Under the pieces are notes generated by a model. The model ran no database searches and was not told where the DNA came from. It saw only the letters and a program-made list of their open reading frames with translations. Position numbers and translations under genes: made by a program. DNA of 32,000 nucleotides from Crocosphaera subtropica ATCC 51142 (GTDB lineage: Bacteria; Cyanobacteriota; Cyanobacteriia; Cyanobacteriales; Microcystaceae), in NCBI RefSeq assembly GCF_000017845.1, contig NC_010546.1, positions 3,750,001-3,782,000 of the forward strand, written 5' to 3'. Of this stretch, positions 8,821 through 18,536 are shown one piece after another. Positions within the stretch are counted from its first letter, which is position 1, and every line of letters begins with the position of its first letter.

Positions 8821-9909
8821 TTAGAGTTGTTTTAACAATTCATCAACTTTCTTAATTCCTTCTGTATTATCGTATTCTTGATACAGTTTTTTGGCGTATT
8901 GTAGGGCTTTTTTTGCTTCACTATTTCTCTGTCTTTCTTTAAAAGCGACTCCCAAATAATAATAAGGTTCAGGATTTTGAGGAATAATTTCAATTAAATC
9001 TTTATAAGTAATAATTGCTCCTAAATAATCTTTCTGGGCTAATTGAATTCTACCAACTCCTGCATAAGCTTCTGGAGATTTGCGATTAAGATAAGAGATA
9101 CGACGATAAATTTTTAGTGCCTCATCTAGATTTTCTTGTACTTCATAAATACGGGCAATTTTTAACTGAATTTTTGTATTGCTTGGATCAATTCTTTCTG
9201 CTCTTTGTAATTGTTCTTTCCCTAATTCTAGTTGGCCTTGTTGTAAATAAGCAGTCGCCAATAACAACCTTAAATCTACATCGCCAGAAAAGCGTTCTAC
9301 TGCATTACCTAAGTATTGCAAAGCTTGATCTAATTGTTTTTGTTGTAGTAAAGACGACCCCATGATAGCAAAGGCTTCAGGATTATTAGGATCAAGGGCA
9401 ATTACTCGTTTATAAGCTTCGGCAGCCCCTTCGTAATTTTCTTGACGCAGTAAAACAACCCCTAACCCAATATAACTTTTAACGAATTGGGGATTCAGTT
9501 GAATGGCATAATAATAAGCAGAAGCTGCATTATTATTATCACCAATATTGGCTAGACTATCCCCTAAAGCATAATAAAAATTAGCGTTACTCGAATCAAG
9601 AGAAAGGGCCTGTTGATAGTATTTTACCGCAGCTTGATAATTTCCTTGTTGACTGTGTAAATAGGCGATGCCTGAAAAGATTCTCGCATTATCCTTATCT
9701 AAACTCGCTGCTTGTTCGTAAGTAGCGATCGCCCGTTGATAGTCTCCTTTGTCAACATAATCTCTACCCCGACGTAATAATTCATCTAATTGTTCCTTAC
9801 TGTAATTTTGTGACACAAGAATAGAAGTATCAGGAGAAGCGATAACAGGGGTGATACTACTACCTAATATAAAAGTTGTGAGTAAAGAGAGAGTAAGTTT
9901 AGAAATCAT
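8821..9909 (-). CDS. Secreted TPR-repeat protein
   Basis: At least 8 tandem 34-aa TPR units (e.g. YQRAIATYEQAASLDKDNARIFSGIAYLHSQQGN). Met22 (nt 9909) starts a clean signal peptide, MISKLTLSLLTTFILGSSITPVIA; the longer ORF-track start at 9972 looks like an artefactual extension. Confidence 0.85.
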   Translation of the reverse strand: MISKLTLSLLTTFILGSSITPVIASPDTSILVSQNYSKEQLDELLRRGRDYVDKGDYQRAIATYEQAASLDKDNARIFSGIAYLHSQQGNYQAAVKYYQQALSLDSSNANFYYALGDSLANIGDNNNAASAYYYAIQLNPQFVKSYIGLGVVLLRQENYEGAAEAYKRVIALDPNNPEAFAIMGSSLLQQKQLDQALQYLGNAVERFSGDVDLRLLLATAYLQQGQLELGKEQLQRAERIDPSNTKIQLKIARIYEVQENLDEALKIYRRISYLNRKSPEAYAGVGRIQLAQKDYLGAIITYKDLIEIIPQNPEPYYYLGVAFKERQRNSEAKKALQYAKKLYQEYDNTEGIKKVDELLKQL

Positions 9910-9980
9910 GGTGTTTGTAAAAGAGAAATAAAAAAAGGCTTGAACGATCAAACCTTGGAACATTATAAGCAAAATTAATT

Positions 9981-10385
9981 TTAAATGCCTCGTTTAATGG
10001 CGATTTCAGCTTGCTTGAATTCTTGTTTTAAGCGTTGTTTCAACTTTTCGGGGATAGGACGACTTCCATAAGAAGTATAGTAACCAGCGAGGGCATTTAA
10101 CGCCGTTTGCATGGTGGTAAAGGAACGAAGTCCCCCAGATTTATCTTCCCGTCGATAACGAGAAATATAATCATTGATTTGTTCTCTGGCTAAAGTCTGA
10201 ATTTGTTGTTTATTGTCCGCATCATTGGGTAAATCAATAGCTGTGGTTAAGGTTTCGATCACTTTTAGAGTATCTTGGCTATAATTACCAGAAAGTCCAG
10301 CAGAACTATTACCACACCCTGTTAAAGCGACAACCGCCACCAAAACTAGGGCTAGAATACGAGATAAGGTAGATTTGAAAAACAT
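9981..10385 (-). CDS. psb27: Photosystem II assembly lipoprotein Psb27
   Basis: Signal peptide with lipobox LTGC, then the conserved Psb27 core DTLKVIETL...INDYISRYRR...SFTTMQTALNALAGYYTSYGSRPIPEKLKQRL. Confidence 0.9.
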   Translation of the reverse strand: MFFKSTLSRILALVLVAVVALTGCGNSSAGLSGNYSQDTLKVIETLTTAIDLPNDADNKQQIQTLAREQINDYISRYRREDKSGGLRSFTTMQTALNALAGYYTSYGSRPIPEKLKQRLKQEFKQAEIAIKRGI

Positions 10386-10460
10386 AAGTTGTTAATACAG
10401 TTACATAATTCTAGATTTTTCCTATCCTATCCTACAAGGGGTAACTGAGTGAAGCCCTAT

Positions 10461-10500
10461 TCGTTACGAGTTCGGGGTTCGTGGTTTGGAGTTCAGCGTT
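10461..10500. repeat. Degenerate heptanucleotide tandem repeat (GAGTTCG-like, about 5 units)
   Basis: tcgttac gagttcg gggttcg tggtttg gagttca, in the spacer between psb27 and the ABC ATPase gene. Confidence 0.7.
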
Positions 10501-10523
10501 ATGAGTCACTAATCATGTTAAAT

Positions 10524-12332
10524 TTATAGGTCAGTGATAACTGTTTTGTCAGATGTCCATCGTAGGTTTTCTGGGAATTCGGGAATAGAATTGAGGAGAT
10601 TTTTAGTATATTCTTGGTCAGGATGATTAATAATGTGTTCTGCTTCGCCTATTTCAACAATTTCCCCTTGATTCATTACCATAATGCGATCGCTCATAAA
10701 TCTCACTACACTTAAATCATGGGAAATAAAAATACAGGTCAATTTTAACTTTTCTTGTAAGTCTTTTAACAGGTTCAAAACTTGTGCTTGTACCGATACA
10801 TCTAAAGCAGAAACTGACTCATCACAGATTAAAAAACGAGGATTTAAAGCCAAGGCGCGAGCAATACAAACCCGTTGTCTTTGTCCTCCAGAAAATTCAT
10901 GAGGATAACGATTATAACTATCGGTATCTAATCCCACTAAGGTTAATAAGGCTTCTACAATTTCTCTTCTTTTCTGGCTATTCGGTTGCGTTTGATGAAT
11001 AATCATCGGTTCGGCAATGGCTTGTCCTACGGTTAATCTTGGGTTGAGAGAATTATAGGGATTCTGAAAAACAATTTGCATATTTTTTCTAAGATTCCGT
11101 AACCATTTATTGCTCATAGATTTCTTAGAAATTTCATAGGTTTCAAAGGAAACATTCCCGTTGGCTGCTGGAATAAGTCTCAAAATTGTTCTTGCTAATG
11201 TTGATTTTCCACAACCCGATTCTCCAACTAATCCCAAAGTTTCTCCAGCATAAACCTCAAAACTAATATTATTTACTGCTTTAAATTTATTGGGTTTTAG
11301 TCCAAAAAATGCTGATTTTCCAAATTCAACGCTTAACTTTTCTACTGATAATAAAACTTTCTTTTCTTGTGCTTCTTTGGTTCTCGCTTCGATTTCATCG
11401 TGAGGAATAATTTTATAAACTAAATCACTTTCTTTGGATAAGTCTAAGTCTTTATTATCTTCTAAAAAATCAGCAACTGTGGGTAATTTATCTACTTTAA
11501 TATGGAGAGGAGGACGACAAGCGAGTAACCCTTTGGTATAACCATCTTGAGGATGGAGGAGAATCTGTTCTTTTTTGCCTTGTTCTATTACTTTACCGTT
11601 CCGCATTACTAATATGTTATCGGCTACTTCATTAATCACTCCCAAATCATGGGAAATGAAAATCATGGCAATATTATTATCTTTACAAAGACCTCTTAAT
11701 AACTCTAAAATTCCTTTTTGAACTGTTACATCTAACGCAGTTGTCGGTTCATCAGCAATTAAAATAGTAGGCTGACAAGAGATAGCCATCGCAATCATAA
11801 CCCGTTGTAATTGTCCCCCAGACAGTTCATGGGGATATCTTTTTAAATAAGCTTTTGCTTGTTTATCTGGACAAGTTTGCTTTAAAACTTTGACATTTTT
11901 CAATAACTTAATGGCTTCTTGATTTGCTTCTTCCTGAGTGACATTTTGATGCAGTTTAATGGCTTCAGTTAATTGATATCCTATAGTATAAACAGGGTTA
12001 AAAGCACTCATAGGTTCTTGGAAAATCATGGCAATTTCTTTACCACGATATTTTGTCCAGTTTGCGGATTTTAAGGTGGTTAATTCAATATAATCTTGTG
12101 GCAATTGATAATATTTAATGCTACTTTCTTGAGCAATTTTTCCAGGATTTTGAATTAACCCCATAATGGCTAAAGAGGTCACAGACTTTCCTGATCCTGA
12201 CTCTCCGACAATTCCTAAAATTTCCCCTCTTCTGAGTTGAAAATTAACATTATCTACTGCCACTTTGTTTTTGTCCCCTTGTAATGGGAATTCAATACGG
12301 AGATTGGATACATCAAGAACAAGCTCGCTCAT
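10524..12332 (-). CDS. ABC transporter ATP-binding protein with duplicated ATPase domains (DppD/DppF-GsiA type)
   Basis: Two complete cassettes: GESGSGKS...LSGGQLQRVMIA...ILIADEPTTALD and GESGCGKST...FSGGQRQRVCIA...FLICDESVSALD. The likely start is the ATG at 12332 (MSELVLDVSNLRIEF) rather than 12389. Confidence 0.9.
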   Translation of the reverse strand: MSELVLDVSNLRIEFPLQGDKNKVAVDNVNFQLRRGEILGIVGESGSGKSVTSLAIMGLIQNPGKIAQESSIKYYQLPQDYIELTTLKSANWTKYRGKEIAMIFQEPMSAFNPVYTIGYQLTEAIKLHQNVTQEEANQEAIKLLKNVKVLKQTCPDKQAKAYLKRYPHELSGGQLQRVMIAMAISCQPTILIADEPTTALDVTVQKGILELLRGLCKDNNIAMIFISHDLGVINEVADNILVMRNGKVIEQGKKEQILLHPQDGYTKGLLACRPPLHIKVDKLPTVADFLEDNKDLDLSKESDLVYKIIPHDEIEARTKEAQEKKVLLSVEKLSVEFGKSAFFGLKPNKFKAVNNISFEVYAGETLGLVGESGCGKSTLARTILRLIPAANGNVSFETYEISKKSMSNKWLRNLRKNMQIVFQNPYNSLNPRLTVGQAIAEPMIIHQTQPNSQKRREIVEALLTLVGLDTDSYNRYPHEFSGGQRQRVCIARALALNPRFLICDESVSALDVSVQAQVLNLLKDLQEKLKLTCIFISHDLSVVRFMSDRIMVMNQGEIVEIGEAEHIINHPDQEYTKNLLNSIPEFPENLRWTSDKTVITDL

Positions 12333-12534
12333 AACCCTATATAATAAAAAATTTAAACAGATTTTAACTGATTTTTTTGACTTTGACAAAGATATTAACA
12401 GAGTTTCATGAATAACTAAATAACTAATAACTGATTAATAAAATCTTACCCTTTCCATAAGTAACTTAAAGTCACAATATACAAGAAGCGTGTCACAATA
12501 TAAACAAAAATGGAAATATTATACGGAGAGGGAT

Positions 12535-14262
12535 ATGGTTGCAACTCCCATCAAAACAGAAAACCGTTTAACGATACAGACTGCTGATATTGCTGAAGAT
12601 ACCACTACTATACGTTCTTTAGACTGGGATCGCGATCGCTTTGACATTGAGTTTGGCTTGCAAAATGGAACCACTTATAACTCTTATATCATTTGCGGTG
12701 ATAAAGTTGCCCTTATAGACACTTCCCATGCTAAGTTTCGCCAGTTATACCTCGATACTTTAACGGGACTCATTGACCCCAAAACCATCGACTATTTGGT
12801 TATCAGTCACACCGAACCTGATCATAGTGGTTTGGTTAAAGATATATTAGAACTGGCTCCCCAAGCAACGGTAGTGGGTTCAAAAGTGGCGATTAACTTC
12901 TTAGAAGACTTTATCCATCAACCTTTTGAGCGCATTTTAGTTAAAAGTGGGGAATCTTTAGACTTAGGAAAAGGTCATATTTTAGAATTTGTTAGCGCAC
13001 CTAACTTACATTGGCCCGACACTATCTTAACCTACGACAAAGGCACTGAAACCCTTTTTACCTGTGATGTGTTTGGAATGCACTATTGTTCGGATCTCCT
13101 TTATGACGAACATTTAGATGAGATTGCCCCAGACTATCACTTCTATTATGAATGTTTGATGGGTCCTAACGCGCGATCGGTGCTTTCTGCCATGAAACGC
13201 ATGGACAAGTTAGGAACTATATCTACTGTAGCTAATGGTCACGGTCCATTATTACGTTATAATCTCCATGAGTTAGTCGAACGTTATCGGACTTGGAGCG
13301 AAGAGCAAAGCAAAGCGGATAAGAGTGTTGCTGTGTTTTATGTGTCTGACTACGGATACAGCGATCGCCTTTCCCAAGCTATTGCTAAAGGGATTACCAA
13401 AACTGGTGTGGCAGTAGAAATGGTGGATCTCAAATCTGCTGACACCCAAGATGTCAATGAGATCGTCAGTCGATCAGCTGGTTTAGTGATTGGAATGCCT
13501 CCCCTAGAAGGTCATCATAATAAAGAAACTACCAGTAACATTGGAACCATTATTGCTGCAGCCAAAAACAAGCAATATATAGGGATGTTTGAATCCTATG
13601 GCGGTAACGATGAACCCATCGATCCCTTATTAACCAAGTTTCGAGAAGCAGGGTTAAGCAAAGGATTTAACTCCATCCGAGTTAAAGATACTCCCAGTGA
13701 AACCATTTATCAACTCTGTGAAGAAGCTGGAGTCGACTTAGGACAAACTCTAACCCAAGATCGTAAGGTAAAACAACGGAAGTCCTTAGATAGCGATTTA
13801 GATAAAGCGATCGGTCGTATTAGTGGGGGTTTATATATCCTAACTGCCAACAAAGGAGAACTTAACGGGGCTATGTTAGCCTCTTGGGTGACACAAGCGA
13901 GTTTTGAACCCCCAGGGTTTACCGTTGCTGTGGCCAAAGATCGGGCGATCGAGTCTTTGATGCAAGTGGGTGATAGCTTCGTTTTAAATATCCTTGAAGA
14001 AGGAAAATATCAACCCTTAATGAAGCATTTTCTCAAACGATTTCCCCCTGGGGCCGATCGCTTTGAAGGCATTGATGTCCAAACCGCTAACAATGGATCA
14101 CCGATTTTAGTCGATGCGTTAGCTTATTTAGAATGCGAAGTGATCAGTCGCATGGAATGTAGCGATCATTGGATTGTTTACAGTAAAGTAACCAATGGAC
14201 GAGTTTCTAACCCCGATGGCTTAACTGCGATTCATCACCGAAAAGTCGGTAACTATTATTAA
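12535..14262 (+). CDS. flv3: Class-C flavodiiron protein (metallo-beta-lactamase-like, flavodoxin-like and flavin-reductase domains), Flv3/FlvB-type
   Basis: Canonical di-iron ligands are all present: SHTEPDHSG, NLHWPD, TCDVFG and NGHGP. A flavodoxin-like region follows, then a C-terminal flavin-reductase domain (GLYILTA...GAMLASWVTQASFEPP). Intact ligands plus a solitary gene argue for Flv3/FlvB rather than Flv1/Flv2; the symbol is tentative. The ATG at 12535 is preceded by GGAGAGGGA; the GTG at 12490 is less likely. Confidence 0.85.
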   Translation: MVATPIKTENRLTIQTADIAEDTTTIRSLDWDRDRFDIEFGLQNGTTYNSYIICGDKVALIDTSHAKFRQLYLDTLTGLIDPKTIDYLVISHTEPDHSGLVKDILELAPQATVVGSKVAINFLEDFIHQPFERILVKSGESLDLGKGHILEFVSAPNLHWPDTILTYDKGTETLFTCDVFGMHYCSDLLYDEHLDEIAPDYHFYYECLMGPNARSVLSAMKRMDKLGTISTVANGHGPLLRYNLHELVERYRTWSEEQSKADKSVAVFYVSDYGYSDRLSQAIAKGITKTGVAVEMVDLKSADTQDVNEIVSRSAGLVIGMPPLEGHHNKETTSNIGTIIAAAKNKQYIGMFESYGGNDEPIDPLLTKFREAGLSKGFNSIRVKDTPSETIYQLCEEAGVDLGQTLTQDRKVKQRKSLDSDLDKAIGRISGGLYILTANKGELNGAMLASWVTQASFEPPGFTVAVAKDRAIESLMQVGDSFVLNILEEGKYQPLMKHFLKRFPPGADRFEGIDVQTANNGSPILVDALAYLECEVISRMECSDHWIVYSKVTNGRVSNPDGLTAIHHRKVGNYY

Positions 14263-14270
14263 ACCCGTAG

Positions 14271-14293
14271 GGTGGGCATTGCCCACCTTTTTT
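14271..14293 (+). terminator. Intrinsic terminator downstream of the flavodiiron gene
   Basis: GGTGGGC (14271-14277), loop ATT, GCCCACC (14281-14287), then T6 (14288-14293), starting 9 nt after the stop codon. Confidence 0.75.
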
Positions 14294-14344
14294 AACTCTT
14301 GTGTTCCTGTGTTATTTTGGTAAATTGAGTTTCACAGACAAAAT

Positions 14345-14575
14345 CTAGACTAACTGTTCATCTAGTCGACACTGTGCTAAATCTCTGATTAGAGCGATAC
14401 GTTGTTCAATATAAGAAGCTAAATCCTTTGTTTCTTGCCCAGTGAGACTTTTTTGCCGTTGGATGCGATTAATTAAGCTATCGATTAATTCTCTCTTAGA
14501 AAGATGTAAAAGACTGTGAGCTTGAAATTGCTCTGTGGTCAACCATAGTTGCTTAATAATAACAGGATGTAACAC
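14345..14575 (-). CDS. Small hypothetical helical protein (76 aa)
   Basis: GTG start with GAGGA about 9 nt upstream. No recognisable motif. It is supported only by ORF length and the SD-like sequence. Confidence 0.35.
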   Translation of the reverse strand: MLHPVIIKQLWLTTEQFQAHSLLHLSKRELIDSLINRIQRQKSLTGQETKDLASYIEQRIALIRDLAQCRLDEQLV

Positions 14576-14686
14576 TTTCGACTTTCCTCACACTTGAGAT
14601 TCATCTTAAAAAATTATAAAAATAAAGACTTTTATAAATGGTAGTCATTTACACATTTTTATGATTCGTAATAGACTAATAAACCT

Positions 14687-14721
14687 GAGTTCGTGGTTAG
14701 GAGTTCGGAGTTCGGAGTTAT
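14687..14721. repeat. Heptanucleotide tandem repeat (GAGTTCG x5, STRR-like)
   Basis: gagttcg tggttag gagttcg gagttcg gagttat, in the spacer downstream of the Kef-type gene. Confidence 0.85.
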
Positions 14722-14860
14722 ACCAAATCCGCTTATCATCGTAGAGTAATCTTCTTTCTCCCCCTGTCTCCTCTGCTTCCTCTACTCCCTCTGCCTTCTC
14801 AAGATGATTGGTCTACTGTCTACAGCAGTTTGAGACTTGATAGTTTCAATTTATATTGAA

Positions 14861-16516
14861 CTACTCCCCCTGTCCCTCCTTTAAATCCTTGAATAGCTCC
14901 TCAGCCGCTTGCTCTGCTGCATCTACAAAGGGACGCAGAATCAAATCTACCTCAGAGGTTTGTAGTGCTTCATCTTCGTGATCTTTATGGATAGTGACGG
15001 CCAATTTCCCCTTATAGTCGTAGTGCTGGAGGGCGTGTAGCAGGGTTAGGTTAATCTCAATCCCTGGAATACTGCTAACGACCCACTTAACCGCATTCAG
15101 GGGAAGGTGACTGGGGTATTCTGGATCTTCTGCATCACCATAGTGAACCAAGAAACCCTGTCGCCGCCAACGCCGCACATTTTCTGGGTCAAAGTCCACA
15201 CCATGAACAACCAGTCCTTTCCTGCTGAGGCTGTTCACCAACCAACCACCATAGCGACCCAAGCCATAGACAATCACATCAGCTTTTGTGGCGGAAAACC
15301 CAGTATCCCCGGCTTCTTCTCGGTGTGGAATTCGGCGCTCGAAGATGCTCAGTGTGGGCGATAGCCACTCATACAGCAGGTGGGAATAAAGGATCATATA
15401 AGTGGACACGCCGATAGTAATTAAACCTACCAGGGTGATCAACCCCACCGTCTCTTCATCGATATGTCCTAGACTCAAACCCAAGGCCGCAAGAATTAGG
15501 GAAAACTCGCTAATTTGAGCTACGGTCAACCCAGAAAGCAAGCTGGTGCGTTTGCGATAACCCATATAGCCCATGATTGCCATGACAATGGTGGGGTTGC
15601 CAATCAGAACAAACAGGGACAACACTAGGGCAGGTACAATCTGCGCCCCCAGCAGATGTAAGTCGAGGTGAGCCCCCAGGTTCACAAAAAAGAACAGCAG
15701 AAGAAAGTCTCGAATGCTGACTAACCGTGACCCAATTGCATCCCGATAGCGAGTAGACGCTAAGGAAATCCCCGACAAAAATGCCCCGACTTCACTACTG
15801 AACCCTAAAATTTCACTTAGTGCAGAGAGTGTTACAGCCCAAGCGATCGCAAAGATAAGAAGCAATTCCTGCGATTGCGCCAAATGGTGGAGTAACTTCG
15901 GCAGCACAAAGGCCATCATGACCCCGACCCCTAGAAGCAACAGTCCTCCTTTTAGCACCAGTTGCAACAGGGTTATCCCTGGGGACAGAGCAGCATCACC
16001 TCCCAAAGCCGACAGCCCAATCATGACCAACACCACGACCAGGTCTTGCACAATCAAAAAGCCTAGCGCAATCCGACCATGTAGGGAATCAATCTCTCGT
16101 TTATCCGAGAGGAGCTTGACAATAATGATTGTGCTGGAGAAGGTCAAAGCGACGGCAATATACACCGCTGTTAGGGGAGTAAACCCCAACAAAAGAGAAA
16201 TCAGAAAACCCACGATTGACGTAAAGGCGACTTGCCCGAACCCGGTTGCTAGTGCTACCGACCCCATGCTTTGAATTAGGTGCAGGTCAAGCTTTAGCCC
16301 TACCACAAACAGCAGAAGGGCAATGCCCAACTCCGCAAACAGTTCCATTTCTTCACTTGGGATAACCCAGCCAAAGGCCGAAGGTCCAACCAGAATACCT
16401 ACTGCAATGAAGGCGACAATCAACGGTTGACGTAACGCCAAACCCATTGCTCCCACTATAGTGGAAACCAATAAGACAAAAGCGGTTTCATAGAAAGGGT
16501 TAGTGAGTAGTTCCAT
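14861..16516 (-). CDS. CPA2 cation:proton antiporter (KefB/KefC-like) with a C-terminal TrkA-N/RCK domain
   Basis: About 12 TM helices of the Na+/H+-exchanger type, then the Rossmann motif VIVYGLGRYGG and an RCK-like tail. Possible starts are Met1, Met19 and Met23 (16582, 16528, 16516); I chose MELLTNPFYETAF. The DNA is visibly GC-richer than its neighbours. Confidence 0.85.
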   Translation of the reverse strand: MELLTNPFYETAFVLLVSTIVGAMGLALRQPLIVAFIAVGILVGPSAFGWVIPSEEMELFAELGIALLLFVVGLKLDLHLIQSMGSVALATGFGQVAFTSIVGFLISLLLGFTPLTAVYIAVALTFSSTIIIVKLLSDKREIDSLHGRIALGFLIVQDLVVVLVMIGLSALGGDAALSPGITLLQLVLKGGLLLLGVGVMMAFVLPKLLHHLAQSQELLLIFAIAWAVTLSALSEILGFSSEVGAFLSGISLASTRYRDAIGSRLVSIRDFLLLFFFVNLGAHLDLHLLGAQIVPALVLSLFVLIGNPTIVMAIMGYMGYRKRTSLLSGLTVAQISEFSLILAALGLSLGHIDEETVGLITLVGLITIGVSTYMILYSHLLYEWLSPTLSIFERRIPHREEAGDTGFSATKADVIVYGLGRYGGWLVNSLSRKGLVVHGVDFDPENVRRWRRQGFLVHYGDAEDPEYPSHLPLNAVKWVVSSIPGIEINLTLLHALQHYDYKGKLAVTIHKDHEDEALQTSEVDLILRPFVDAAEQAAEELFKDLKEGQGE

Positions 16517-16652
16517 TGTTGAATCCATTCGCAAAAAAGAAAGGGTTATTAACTCAATTTGTGTTGAGTTTTGAGAACTCATTTCTGACAGTTTCTCAAA
16601 GTCTCTTTCAATCTTAATCTTTAATTCTCAACTCTTTTAACTTACATTCTGT

Positions 16653-17720
16653 TTATTTCACTGAGTCATTATCCTGAAGAATAATCCCCCCACCCAAAAC
16701 AATCTCCCCATCATAGAAAACAGCAGCTTGACCTGGCGTAATGCCAAATTGAGGCTCATTAAACTGTAATGTGACCCGATTATTTTCAATGGGAATAATG
16801 CTGACAGGAACAGCCTTGGAACGATAACGCACTTGTACTTCTACGGTAATAGGAGAAGACGGTTCAGCTATTGAAACCCAGTTTAACCGTCCCACAGTAC
16901 AATCAGAACGACCTCCAGCCGCCCGGTTGCCCACAATCACCCGATTCATTACTGCATCCAATTTAACCACATATAAAGGTTCTGGGGCTGCAATACCTAA
17001 GCCTTTGCGTTGTCCAATGGTATAGTGATGAATGCCTTGATGAGTGCCTAATACTTTGCCATCGAGATCGACAATTTCTCCTTCTTTGGGTTTAATGTAT
17101 TGATCGAGAAAGCTGGCCATCGATCCATGAGCTTCAATAAGACATAAATCTTGACTTTCCGGTTTACTAGCAGTTTTTAGGTCAAATTCTGCTGCAATGC
17201 GTCGGGTTTCTTCTTTGGTTTGTTCTCCCAAAGGAAAAATAGTCCCTTTCAAAATATCTTGAGAAAGATCGTATAAAAAGTAAGATTGATCTTTATTGCG
17301 ATCAATGGCTCGTAACAGTTGATAGCGTCGCGTTTGCTCATCGTAGCGAATACGAGCATAATGACCCGTAGCAATGCGATCGCAATTTAACTCTTCTTTA
17401 GCATAGGCTAACATTGGCCCAAATTTCACCGCACGATTACACTGAGAACAGGGTAAAGGGGTGACTCCTGACTCATACCCTGAAACCAAATAATTGATAA
17501 TATTCGCTTCAAATAACTCTCTTGTATCCACAATATGATGGGGAACCCCCAACTGTTCACAAATAAAGGCAGCATCTACCATTCCTTCTGAACAGCATTG
17601 TCCTTTCCCTTTCATTAACCACAGGGTTAACCCGATTACATCGTATCCTTGATGGTGCAAACTCGCTGCTGCAACAGAACTATCAACTCCACCGGATAAA
17701 CCAACAACAACCTTCTTCAT
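16653..17720 (-). CDS. mnmA: tRNA-specific 2-thiouridylase MnmA
   Basis: PP-loop [18 protein letters not shown], the catalytic Cys region [30 protein letters not shown] and the C-terminal [18 protein letters not shown]. The start is taken at the ATG at 17720 (Met13 of the track ORF). Confidence 0.95.
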
Positions 17721-17870
17721 TGTTAAACGTTTCTTAAAAACCCAAAAACTAACCATCGACTGTTTCTAGGCTAACATTTTCAGTATTACAATGATGAGTA
17801 ACTAAGCCGAAAACAACAAAAAGTAAGTTTTGCTGTTAACGGTGTGAGGATGTGTTTATTTAAGGTTTAA

Positions 17871-18500
17871 ATGATGTTGAAAATTAGTGATTCCTTACTT
17901 ACGAAGACTACTCAGCAGGTCACCAGGTTCCCTTCCTGCTTAAGACAGTTTTCAACTATGATAGGTTGTTTACTCTTAACTGTGGGATCAACTTCCGTTG
18001 GTTTGGCACAAACTACTTCTAACCGTGAGTTACCCCCACCTCCTATGCCTAAAATGGTAAGTCCTCAGCCTTCTTCTAATCAAGTTCGCCCCATGTCGGT
18101 CGAAGTGACTCCGACTAATGATAGTTCAACCCCTATTAAAGAATATACCTTTGAGGCACCCCAAACGTTACCGGCTCAAAGCTTCGATGATGATCAATCA
18201 ACCTCGGAGATAAAGACGATTAATCCTGAATCCTCAACTGTTTCACAACCGACCCAAACTCCTAGTTTTTATCGAGTACAAGTCTCAGGTCAAAATTCAT
18301 CTTTATTATCTCAAGTTAAAATGGTTGAACCGATGGCTTTTATTCGTCAAAGTGAAGGGGTGATTCATGCGGGAATGTTTCAACATTCTCAACAGGCACA
18401 ACAACGGGTACAAGAACTAAAAAATAAGGGAGTTAACGCAACAGTGGTTCCCGTTTACCAGAATACGAATACCTCCTTATCAGTACAAATGCAACCTTAG
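17871..18500 (+). CDS. Secreted Pro/Ser/Gln-rich protein with a C-terminal SPOR-like domain
   Basis: Internal signal-peptide-like MIGCLLLTVGSTSVGLAQ (an alternative start at 17955), a low-complexity linker, and the C-terminal ~70 aa FYRVQVSGQNSSLLSQVKMVEP...AGMFQHSQQAQQRVQELKNKGVNATVVPV, which resembles a SPOR fold pattern. The domain call is tentative. Confidence 0.55.
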   Translation: MMLKISDSLLTKTTQQVTRFPSCLRQFSTMIGCLLLTVGSTSVGLAQTTSNRELPPPPMPKMVSPQPSSNQVRPMSVEVTPTNDSSTPIKEYTFEAPQTLPAQSFDDDQSTSEIKTINPESSTVSQPTQTPSFYRVQVSGQNSSLLSQVKMVEPMAFIRQSEGVIHAGMFQHSQQAQQRVQELKNKGVNATVVPVYQNTNTSLSVQMQP

Positions 18501-18501
18501 T

Positions 18502-18536
18502 CAGTAACGAGTGAACAGTGATCAGTCATCAGTGAT
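18502..18536. repeat. Heptanucleotide tandem repeat ((C/G)AGTNAN x5)
   Basis: cagtaac gagtgaa cagtgat cagtcat cagtgat, beginning 2 nt after the stop codon of the SPOR-like gene. Confidence 0.85.

Noticed and set aside
9117-9365. 82-aa + strand ORF inside the TPR gene
   Set aside because: It runs antisense to clear tandem TPR units.
10684-11002. Two 72-aa + strand ORFs inside the duplicated ABC ATPase gene
   Set aside because: They run antisense to conserved ABC cassette motifs.
13710-13937. 75-aa minus ORF within the flavodiiron gene
   Set aside because: It runs antisense to the conserved flavin-reductase domain.
15107-16274. Track ORFs 15107..15364 (+) and 15918..16274 (+) within the Kef-type gene
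   Set aside because: GC-rich DNA gives long antisense open frames. The minus-strand product has the full antiporter plus RCK architecture.
14576-16652. Kef region as a bona fide mobile genomic island
   Set aside because: There is no integrase, transposase, tRNA target or direct-repeat boundaries. Only the compositional deviation is seen, so it is reported as a possible HGT gene, not a mobile element.
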